Origin: Naegleria gruberi
Lineage: Eukaryota
DNA: 64,000 bases
NCBI GenBank assembly: GCA_000004985.1
Contig: GG738852.1
Strand: one strand, 5' to 3'
In this document: piece after piece, positions 51,556 to 60,251 of the stretch
Layout of the letters: each line of letters opens with the position of its first letter
How positions within the stretch are numbered: position 1 is the stretch's first letter
Notes under the pieces: generated by a model
Databases searched by the model: none
What the model was told of the DNA's origin: nothing
What the model saw: the letters and a program-made list of their open reading frames with translations, nothing else
Position numbers and translations under genes: made by a program

Positions 51556-52058
51556 ATGAGAGTTTGGCCTAGTGTATGTTTATTTAGTGTTAGAGGACAA
51601 GTTTTCTAATTATTATTTGCGTGTGATGATGTATTCCTTGTTGTGCGATTACTATTACAACAACAACAAATAATGATACAATTATTGTGGATGATAATTT
51701 GTGTGGATAATAATTTTTATTGTTGGGAATTAAAATAGTTCTTGTTGACCGCAATGTTCGTTGCTGGTGTTGTTCACGGAAAGGACAAGCAAGCTTCCTT
51801 GTACAGACTTGCTAAGGGTAATCAACAAAAGGAAGAAGAATTGGTTGAAAAATACGTTAAGGAAATGATTGAAGAAGATGAAAAGAAGGCTGCCACTGGT
51901 ATGTATCATGATGATAATATTAAATTTATTTACTAATTTTAATAGAAAGAGGTGAAGATGCTTCCTTGTACAATGTCCCACCAGGATTGCGTCAAATGGC
52001 CAAGACCATCAAGCAACAAAGAGCTAAGAATGTTCAACCAGCTGCTGCTCAACAATAA
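51556..52058 (+). CDS. Small secreted Lys/Glu/Gln-rich peptide with an internal repeat; 3 exons including an 18-nt first coding exon
   Basis: Exon 1 (about 51556-51573) is ATG AGA GTT TGG CCT AGT and is immediately followed by GTATGT. An intron of about 165 nt ends at AG 51737-51738. Exon 2 (51739-51898) continues FLLTAMFVAGVVHG|KDKQASLYRLAKGNQQKEEELVEKYVKEMIEEDEKKAAT. A 47-nt GTATGT intron follows. Exon 3 (51946-52058) encodes ERGEDASLYNVPPGLRQMAKTIKQQRAKNVQPAAAQQ*. Exon 1 plus the start of exon 2 give a classical signal peptide (MRVWPSFLLTAMFVAGVVHG). Codon third positions are C-rich. The motif G(K/E)D..ASLY occurs twice. Confidence 0.45.
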
Positions 52059-52258
52059 TTTAATTTTAAAATTGTGGGAAGATGTACATAAATTCCGTTT
52101 TTCATATCTTTGGACTGTTTCAATAAATCGTTATGACAACCCAATAAGAGGGTTTTATAATTCAAAAATACAATTTAATAATAGTATTTTAATGTAATGA
52201 TTGTTTCGAATGGATTAGTTATATTATTGTAAGTAATATGTTGTTGCTACCATAAAGG

Positions 52259-53716
52259 ATGAAGAGAAATGGATTAATGGGATTCTCATGGAATAAATCA
52301 AAAAAAATGTTAGGAAACAATACTAAGAGCATGTTGAAGATATCTAACAAGATGAGAGGAATGAATCATTCCCTTCGCAACACTTCTTGTTTATTTAATC
52401 AACAATTTAAAAGACAATTTTTGGTAAGTACATTTACATCATTGCTGGTCTGACTAGGAGCCGATCATCAATCGGAATGATGATAGACCTCATCAATTAA
52501 TGGTCAACAATGCAGAAATGCAAGCACATCAGATATTGCATCAACATCATTGAAAAAGAAGAAGGACAGCAAGTTTTATTCATTTTGTCAAACACAATTT
52601 CCAAACAAGTTTAAGGTTGGAGAGTGTAATATTGTGGAGGAATTATTTTCTGCAGAAAGTCAAAAGTTGTGTTTCAGTGAAATTTCAAAGAGAAGTGTCG
52701 TTACAGTGGAGGGAGAACATTCTGATTCATTCATTCATTCACTCGTAACAAGTGATGTTTCTAAAAAACTCATTGTTCGAGATGAAACAAAGAAAAATCT
52801 TCCAACACATAGCTCTCAACCTTCCTTGTTCCTTTCTCCAAAGGGAAGAGTTCTCTTTGATGCAATTTTGAGTGTGGAATTTGAAAGTGATGGATCTTTG
52901 AAAAATAATCGTAAAATTTATATTGAACATGAGGCATCTCAAACTGAACATTTGTATAATTATTTAAAGAGTCACGTATTGAGAAAAAAGGTTAAAATTG
53001 AGAAATTTTCAAATAATTTCCAATCTACTACTACTACAACTTCAGAAGGCCCAATTGTTAAAGTTTTTGCCTTGTTTGGAAATAAGATTTTGAAATCTAG
53101 AAAACCTGACTTGCAATACAAGTGGAAAGATTCTGTGGTTTGTGTCAAGGATCCAAGAATTCCAACTCTCGGTTACAGAATTTATGGATTCTTTTCAAAT
53201 CAAGAACAATACGAACAATTTAAACATGATGTGAGTGCAGAACTCTCTAAAAAACTCTTGGTTGACACTGAAAGTGCTGAATATTATGAAAGAATTCGTT
53301 TATTATCTGGAATTGCTGAAAACTCTGTAGATATTCCATCAGATAGTGCATTCCCAATGGAATCAGGATTTGAACAAATTGGTGGTATTCATTTTGGTAA
53401 GGGATGTTATGTTGGACAAGAGCTCACAAATAGAACCTTTCACAGAGGAGAAATCAGAAAGAGAATAGTTATCATTAAGGGAGATAAATTACCAGAAGCT
53501 GGTTCTGATCTCCAATTTACTGGATCAAATACTGAAGAGCTCAGAAGTGATAAGGCTGGTAGAATGTGCTCTCGTGATGAACAAGTTGGCTTGGCCACTG
53601 TTAAATTTGAACCTCTCTTGGAGAAGGACTCCACTTTGGAATTGTCATTTACCAATAGTCAAGATGGAAGTACAAATACTCTCAAAATTGTACCTCCATA
53701 TTGGTTAGCCCTCTAA
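52259..53716 (+). CDS. IBA57: IBA57 / YgfZ-family mitochondrial Fe-S cluster assembly factor (GcvT-like folate-binding fold); 2 exons
   Basis: Exon 1 (52259-52423) encodes a basic presequence-like peptide (MKRNGLMGFSWNKSKKMLGNNTKSMLKISNKMRGMNHSLRNTSCLFNQQFKRQFL) and ends at a GTAAGT donor. An intron of about 135 nt follows. Exon 2 (from about 52559 to 53716) has a GcvT-like N-domain (SVVTVEGEHSDSFIHSLVTSDV...LFLSPKGRVLFDAIL). It also carries the family signature KGCYVGQELTNRTFHRGEIRKRIV, i.e. the K-G-C-Y-x-G-Q-E motif. Confidence 0.75.
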
Positions 53717-53906
53717 CTTATCGATTTTGCGTGCAATACTCGAGAAAATGATTACATTCATCCAATAAATTAACCTTGCTTCTCCTTCTATTCTGATCAT
53801 TATTTGGGAAGGTATATCTCGATAGTGCAAATTGTTGAAACTTCCACTCAAATTCCTCTTCCAATTCTTTATACGGTCTGTTGATATGTCTAAAATAGTA
53901 CATTTT

Positions 53907-54563
53907 TCAAAAATTACAAATAAATATTGAGGCGATAAGGATAATGAAAATTAAAATATCAATAACATACTCGAAATAATAATCATAAAATTCATCACAC
54001 TCTGATGGAAATTTGTACAATGTCAAGTGATATTGCAATACATATTGTTGATACATGATTTTTGTTATCTCCTCATCGGAAGGTGTTTTGGTATTGTCCT
54101 CCAAATTATCTGACTCCTCCACCAGCTCCTCTCTGATCATTTCATTGTTTTGAGGTGTAAGCTGACTGCAACTTGAATCAAAACTTGAGGAAAATCTAGA
54201 ATGAGGACTAGCATTAATTGTGGTAGGAGAACGAGGTTTTACACTCTTGATATACCCATTCTCTACTTCAAAATCATCACTATAAAAATGTCTTTCTATT
54301 TCATATTGTGAGGAATTCCATTCCATATTGTTGAAACTAGTATCAGTAACAATTTTAAAGGTGGGAGACTTGAAATTATCACTGCCAATTATTTCTCCAA
54401 ATAAACCTCCAACCATTCCTCTCGAGTGAGAACTTGATCCACTAGAAAAACAGTTGAATGAATATGTATCATCATACTCAGTTCTTGCAATTCCTAAATC
54501 CGAGAGAGAATCTGCAACTGTGTTTTCTTCCTTGTTGATGTTAGTAGAAAATTCCGAACCCAT
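53907..54563 (-). CDS. Hypothetical protein (about 218 aa) with N-myristoylation-type start and C-terminal hydrophobic tail
   Basis: The probable ATG is at about 54563, giving MGSEFSTNINKEEN, which fits the M-G-x-x-x-S consensus. The ORF-track M upstream is a TTG. The C-terminal IDILIFIILIASIFICNF is a tail-anchor-like helix. No recognisable domain. Confidence 0.4.
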   Translation of the reverse strand: MGSEFSTNINKEENTVADSLSDLGIARTEYDDTYSFNCFSSGSSSHSRGMVGGLFGEIIGSDNFKSPTFKIVTDTSFNNMEWNSSQYEIERHFYSDDFEVENGYIKSVKPRSPTTINASPHSRFSSSFDSSCSQLTPQNNEMIREELVEESDNLEDNTKTPSDEEITKIMYQQYVLQYHLTLYKFPSECDEFYDYYFEYVIDILIFIILIASIFICNF

Positions 54564-54957
54564 TATCCTTTCTGGTATTAATAAATTGGAGCTGCAACAA
54601 TGTTTTACTCCGCGTTTTAATGGCAATCAAAGGATTTGATTAACTGATGACTTCTTGCTTTTTTTTTAAATGGAAAAAAGTATGAAGTTGGCCAAACACT
54701 GATTTGAGAGCAATCCAGATAACTCTTTTTAAATGAAATGTAATTTCAAATAACATTGTAATTTCTCTCTCAACACTGTCTAGGATGTTAGACACAAATG
54801 TCAGTTATGGAGCGAGCATAATAATTGAAAATATTTTACAAAACATTAATATTTATACATAAAGTTTTTAATTTTTTGAATGCCCTGATGGAGGTGGGAT
54901 GGCCCGGGTTTTTAGGAACAGTTTGTTTGGAAACAATGAAAAATCCAATTATATAAA

Positions 54958-56232
54958 TTATTGTGAGATGAATGACTTGTTAATAACCTTAACCTTATCG
55001 ACTGGAACTAATCTGTAAACTGGATTTGGTAATAAAGCTTCAACAATCTTCTTTTCATCAATGAGTTCCTTAACACTGACGTTAATTCTATCAGCAGAGA
55101 AAGAGTTAATTGGCAAACCTTCAATAACACCGTATTGACCAGCACCGAAACATTGCACTGGCATAGAACTCCAAATACCTCTTGGAATACCATATTGACC
55201 TTTGCTTGGAATGGCCATAGAAACCCATTCACTGTTACCCAAAACCCAATCACGCATGTGTTTAACAGCAGCATCAGCGGCAGAAGCAGCAGATGACTTT
55301 CCTCTAGCACCAATAATAGCAGCACCTCTTTGTTGAACCTTTGGAATGAAATCTTCGGTTATCCACTTTTCGTCATTGATCAAGTTCATGGCCCATTGTC
55401 CGTTGACAGTGGTGAATGAAAGATCTGGGTATTGAGTAGCAGAGTGGTTACCCCAAATAGCAAATCGTGAAATATCGGAAACGGTACATCCAAGCTTATT
55501 AGAAATTTGTGCCAAGGCTCTATCATGGTCAAGTCTAGTCAAGGCAGTAATATTTTCTTGTGGAATATCAGGAGCATTGAGAGATGTGATCATGGCATTA
55601 GTGTTGGCTGGGTTAGCAACAATCAAGACCAAAACATCACCATTAGCATTAGAGTTCAAAGCTTCACCTTGCTTCTTGAAGATGGCAGCATTATCCTTCA
55701 TAACATCAGCTCTTTCCATACCTGGACCTCTTGGCTTACCTCCGAGCAAAACAGCATAGTCTGTACCTCTGAAAGCTTCAGATTCACTATCGGTAATGAA
55801 AATTTCTTCAAGGAGTGGGAAAGCACCATCTTCCAATTCCATTTTAACACCTTCCAAAGCCTTCATGGATTGTGGGACGTCCAACAATCTCAATCTGACT
55901 GGTTGATTTTCACCCAACATTTCACCAGTGGCAACTCTGAACAACAAGCTATAGGCAATTTGACCAGCAGCACCTGAAACGGTAACTGTAACTGGAGGAG
56001 CAAGTTGATCGACATCCTTGGTCATGACTCTTGGGCCTTCTCTGGCACTCTTGTTGATCCACTTACCAACAGTCTTGATATCCTTTACATCAACACCAGC
56101 AAAGTCAGCCTTGGTTTGCTTACCGAGCAACATACGTTCAAGAGGTGTCTTGGTGAGGGACATTTCTTGGTCCATTTGAGCACCACGTTGCTTCAAAGTG
56201 CTATAATTACGACCTAAAATGTTGTTTTTCAT
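54958..56232 (-). CDS. Malate dehydrogenase, cytosolic (MDH1/LDH-like NAD) type, with a roughly 70-90-aa N-terminal extension
   Basis: ATG at 56232. The core from VTVTVSGAAGQIAYSLLFRVATGEMLGENQPVRLRLLDVPQ onward matches MDH1 throughout, including the NAD-binding GAAGQIAY, catalytic IWGNHS and substrate Arg residues. Upstream, about 90 in-frame codons with the same C/G-rich third-position bias precede it (MKNNILGRNYSTLKQRGAQM...). Internal Mets are at residues about 20, 34 and 71. Confidence 0.9.
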   Translation of the reverse strand: MKNNILGRNYSTLKQRGAQMDQEMSLTKTPLERMLLGKQTKADFAGVDVKDIKTVGKWINKSAREGPRVMTKDVDQLAPPVTVTVSGAAGQIAYSLLFRVATGEMLGENQPVRLRLLDVPQSMKALEGVKMELEDGAFPLLEEIFITDSESEAFRGTDYAVLLGGKPRGPGMERADVMKDNAAIFKKQGEALNSNANGDVLVLIVANPANTNAMITSLNAPDIPQENITALTRLDHDRALAQISNKLGCTVSDISRFAIWGNHSATQYPDLSFTTVNGQWAMNLINDEKWITEDFIPKVQQRGAAIIGARGKSSAASAADAAVKHMRDWVLGNSEWVSMAIPSKGQYGIPRGIWSSMPVQCFGAGQYGVIEGLPINSFSADRINVSVKELIDEKKIVEALLPNPVYRLVPVDKVKVINKSFISQ

Positions 56233-56470
56233 CAAATAAAATTATATGTGTTCAATATATTCAACATCAAATAATTATCATCATTAATTTTTATAATTTT
56301 TAAAAGTCGGTTCGTTAAAAACATCAATTATTCAATTATTGGTAAAAATTAGAAAGTGTAAATCAAATTAATAATAATAAATAGATATCGTACGTGTTGT
56401 CTTGGACAATTGTTGAGTAAGTCTCTTCATTTGTTTCGATATTTTTTTTAGGAATTTACAATATTTATTT

Positions 56471-56507
56471 TTTGCTGCTGAGTTGACTCTCCCAGCAAAA
56501 AATGCCT
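56471..56507. other. Perfect 10-bp inverted repeat (hairpin potential) in the divergent MDH/ICMT intergenic region
   Basis: ttttttgctg ctgagttgactctcc cagcaaaaaa: the 10-bp arms are exact reverse complements, with a 15-nt loop. Confidence 0.4.
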
Positions 56508-56857
56508 TGTCGCACTTCTTTGCTCAGTTATTAAAATCTTCCTCTGATATGTTGTGAATTGGATTAGAGATGATGATTTAATTACCAAGTTATTTGAAGT
56601 AGTAATAGTGAAAGAATATTTGAGTCTCTAATGACAATTCTTTCATGGAAGGGGATGGAAATTTTTTTTGTTCCGATTCAAAATTTCCTTCATTTTAATC
56701 TTCTCTTATGGATTGATTAATTATCAAAAGTTAAAGTATCACTACAATCACAAGAAGAAGAACTATTTGATGATAAAAGCTTCTGGTGACCCTGATGACA
56801 TGTAAACGGACTGAACTTTGATTTCATTGTTCCTGTTGATTATCAAAAATCAAAAAA

Positions 56858-57523
56858 ATGGATTTAGTCTGGTTTGCATTCCTTCTCTTCGTTGTGATTA
56901 TTATTGTTTTCCATGGAGGAGAATGGTTGACACAATATTTATACAATAGAGAATTATGTTCAATTGAGTGTAGGTTTTGTGAGGAAGTTTTGATTATTTA
57001 ATATGATGATGACTTTATATTCCGATTATTGGAAAAAGCTCTTGCTATTCAACAACATTACGTGATTGCTATGGGATGTGCTGTTTTGGAGTTCTTTATT
57101 GAGGCCTTCTTCTTTCCATCCTTGAAGGAACATCCAATTATCTGTTATTTGGGATTGATTCTTGTTATTATCGGAGAGGTCATCAGAAAGGTTGGCATGG
57201 TTACAGCCAAGAAGGCCTTCACTCACTACATTCAAGAGAATAGAAGACCTGGTCACAATTTGATCAAGCACGGAATTTATGCTTACATTCGTCATCCAGG
57301 TTATTTGGGTTGGTTTATTTGGGCTCCAGCAACTCAATTGGTTCTCATGAATCCTATTTGTACTGTCTTGTTCTTGTATGTGGCTTGGTACTTCTTTTAT
57401 GATAGAATTCCATATGAAGAGGAAACACTTATTGATTTGTTTGGAAAGGAATATGAAGATTATAGAAGAGCAGTTCCATCCTATATTCCATTCATTGATG
57501 GCATCGTTTTAAAGAAGCATTAA
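56858..57523 (+). CDS. ICMT: Protein-S-isoprenylcysteine O-methyltransferase (ICMT / Ste14); 2 exons
   Basis: Exon 1 (56858-56978) encodes MDLVWFAFLLFVVIIIVFHGGEWLTQYLYNRELCSIECRF. The 60-nt intron (56979-57038) has a GTGAGG donor and AG acceptor. Exon 2 (57039-57523) encodes SLAIQQHYVIAMGCAVLEFFIEAFFFPSLK...LIKHGIYAYIRHPGYLGWFIWAPATQLVLMNPI...FFYDRIPYEEETLIDLFGKEYEDYRRAVPSYIPF. This carries the ICMT signature R-H-P-x-Y...E-E motifs and matches the C-terminal two-thirds of Ste14. Donor choice is by phase compatibility only. Confidence 0.7.
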
Positions 57524-57600
57524 TATTTTAAAAACCAATTAAAAAAGATTTAATTTATTCTAATAATTTAAATAATTGGATGAAAAATTAAAAAATAGAT

Positions 57601-59028
57601 TTATAATTTATAATGTTCCATAATTGGAACAGCAATATAGTTAATTAAGGTATTGAGTAAAGACCATGGTAATCTTCTATAAAATGGTAAGTGTTTGATA
57701 TAAATTGAGGAATACTCAACTGCAGGTGAGCAACCTCTATTCATTTTGAATATTGAGGCACCAGATGATTGATTGAAAAACACATTGAAATGAATGGCAT
57801 CTTGTAATAGAATGCTTGATAACATTCTGTAAAGGGGAGCTGAGACAGATGTATTATATCCCAATACTGGACATGTCATTACTCTTGTATTGTTGAATGT
57901 TTTGATGAAATATCCAATCACTCCATCAATTTCATCTCTCTCATTATTCAGAATGCATTTGTAGTTGATAATATTATTTTTCAAGGTTTCATAAACAAAC
58001 AATTTTGAGAATTGAATGTTACACTCTGAGTATTTTCCAATATATAACATGTTATAGACATTTACCATTTGTTCAATATATTTGTGATTCATATCATTAA
58101 TTTTCTCTCTCAATTCATTATTTCCAATAATAGTATATGAGTTTTTATACTTGTTGAGAAGTTTCTTATCATCCTTAACATCCCTCTTTTTTAATGTGCT
58201 TTGAATAGTGTCTTTATCGAGTGTATTGAGTGTGTAAATCATTCTGGAAGGGATTGGACAATATCCTATTTTAGATAGAGTATTCAAAATTGGGGAGTAA
58301 ATTTTATCATTCAAAGATCTCATCATGACTGAATGCTGTGGAAATTTGGATGTTAAAAATTTGGTCAACTCTGAATATAATTCATTATCTTCAATTTGGT
58401 TTAAAGATTCTAATGTATAATTGGTATTCATTAATTTTAATTGACTATCTATATTGCCTGAATTGTATAATATGCTTTGAGTTCCATTATTTAGGAAATC
58501 ATCCTGGTTCATAGTGGATCCAGAATTTTCCAATAAATTGTTTTTAATATTATACAAGTTATTGTATAAATTGGTCGAAAGCATTAAATTACCAATAATT
58601 AGAGTCTTGTCTAATTTTGTCCAAATGAAAAAGTAGCTAAATAAATCAATAATTAAATTCGTAAATTGTACAATCCACTTGTTAATATTATTAATTTCCA
58701 ATTCTACTCTTCCATATGAAATATAGTGATGATAGGGCGATAATGTAAATATATTATAATTTCCATTGTGTTTAACATTTCCTGTATTGATAGTAATCGG
58801 AACATAACCAATGGTAACATTCTTACTGTCCACTTGTTTTGAAATTCGAATAAATTGCATTTGTGATGATTCAACATCAATATTAGAAATTAATTGATTC
58901 AATGGATATTTAGAGTACAATTCAAAGAAATCTAAAATCCTATCAGCAGCACCCTTCATCACTACGAGTTGAGCAATTTGATTCAACGGAATTAACAATA
59001 TCAAAGTGGAACATTTTTTTTGGACCAT
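57601..59028 (-). CDS. Hypothetical protein (475 aa), Asn/Ile-rich, no recognisable domain
   Basis: Long ATG-initiated ORF (MVQKKCSTLILLIPLNQIAQLVVMKGAADRILDFFELY...). Codon usage is consistent with the neighbouring genes. Confidence 0.4.
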   Translation of the reverse strand: MVQKKCSTLILLIPLNQIAQLVVMKGAADRILDFFELYSKYPLNQLISNIDVESSQMQFIRISKQVDSKNVTIGYVPITINTGNVKHNGNYNIFTLSPYHHYISYGRVELEINNINKWIVQFTNLIIDLFSYFFIWTKLDKTLIIGNLMLSTNLYNNLYNIKNNLLENSGSTMNQDDFLNNGTQSILYNSGNIDSQLKLMNTNYTLESLNQIEDNELYSELTKFLTSKFPQHSVMMRSLNDKIYSPILNTLSKIGYCPIPSRMIYTLNTLDKDTIQSTLKKRDVKDDKKLLNKYKNSYTIIGNNELREKINDMNHKYIEQMVNVYNMLYIGKYSECNIQFSKLFVYETLKNNIINYKCILNNERDEIDGVIGYFIKTFNNTRVMTCPVLGYNTSVSAPLYRMLSSILLQDAIHFNVFFNQSSGASIFKMNRGCSPAVEYSSIYIKHLPFYRRLPWSLLNTLINYIAVPIMEHYKL

Positions 59029-59163
59029 TCCATCCGGAAATTATGTGAAAATCAATCAAGATACTATCTACGGCAGCTTTTGAAGTGAAATAAGCAATAA
59101 ATTTTACTATTCTTAAATATTTTTAAATATATAAGAATAAAATCTGAATAATAATTTTTAAAA

Positions 59164-60123
59164 ATGAATGATTTTATTAAGGTGGAACAACAGTTGGAAG
59201 CTCAGAGTAACAATAGTCAAACTCTGCCGTTGGAATTATCAAATGAGGAGGAAAAAGTGAAAGAAAATAACGAGGAACAGACAACGAATACGGAGGACAA
59301 TCAAGACCTTATCAAAAATCACTCTGATAATTCATATTCCTCTTCTGATGAAGAAAATGTTAAATTATTTAGAAGTGAGGATTTGGAATCATATGTACCA
59401 TCAAGGCCATCCACTTTATTGGCTTTTCAAAAAAAGGAGGAAACATCAGAGGAGGAGGAAGATGATCATCACATTCTCTCACCAGTAGTGAGAAAACATA
59501 TTAAGGATAATCACATCACACCAATCGGTCTTACTAAGAATAAGAAACTATTCATGGAATTGTTTCATCAAACCATGCCAAAGTCAATAACCACAACAGA
59601 AGACCCTGAAGAAAAACAATCACTTGCTGCAACCATGTTGCAAAAAGTTGTACGTGGTTGGGTTGTGAGAAAGAGGTATGCAAAGAGGAGAATTGATAAT
59701 GCAAGACTGTCGGCAGAGTTTACTGATGAGCAAGGTCTTATTCAGGGATTCAAGTTGAAAAAGAAGAAACTCACTGAAAGTGAAGTTAAGGAACAATGTA
59801 AAAAGATCGAACACGCAATAGGAGCTACCATATTTAGAATGAAAGAGAAAGAAAGAGTAATGAATGAAAGTGCTAAAATCGTTCAGAAAGCTTGGAGAAA
59901 TTACTATCGAGTAAAGAAGGAACAAATTAGACAACAGCCAATACTTCCAAATGAATGTGCCCAACTTATTAACAGAATATCAAATTCAAAATACCTTAAA
60001 AACAGAGAATCATTTGATGATATAATTGAAAGTGTTTCCATTAACCAAATTTATGGAATTCCAAGTTATGAAATGATGGATAGACCTGCAAGATCTTACA
60101 CTTTCAAAATTACAATATTTTAA
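59164..60123 (+). CDS. IQ-motif-containing protein (319 aa)
   Basis: An acidic N-terminal half is followed by two IQ-like calmodulin-binding motifs (AATMLQKVVRGWVVRKRYAKRR and SAKIVQKAWRNYYRVKKEQIR). Confidence 0.45.
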   Translation: MNDFIKVEQQLEAQSNNSQTLPLELSNEEEKVKENNEEQTTNTEDNQDLIKNHSDNSYSSSDEENVKLFRSEDLESYVPSRPSTLLAFQKKEETSEEEEDDHHILSPVVRKHIKDNHITPIGLTKNKKLFMELFHQTMPKSITTTEDPEEKQSLAATMLQKVVRGWVVRKRYAKRRIDNARLSAEFTDEQGLIQGFKLKKKKLTESEVKEQCKKIEHAIGATIFRMKEKERVMNESAKIVQKAWRNYYRVKKEQIRQQPILPNECAQLINRISNSKYLKNRESFDDIIESVSINQIYGIPSYEMMDRPARSYTFKITIF

Positions 60124-60251
60124 TTATTTGAAAACCTAAGTTTGTATTAATAGGATAATCCACATTTTTGAAAAAGTTAATTAGCTATTCAACATTTCAA
60201 ATTATCCAATCTCTCTTGTAACTTTATTTTGTAATTTAAACACTTTAAAAA

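Noticed and set aside
49005-57523. Interpreting the Rho - prenyltransferase-beta - ICMT proximity as an operon-like functional cluster
   Set aside because: Seven or more unrelated genes (Spc25-like, IBA57, MDH and others) lie between them. They are on different strands with their own promoters. I report the proximity only as a curiosity to test for conserved linkage.
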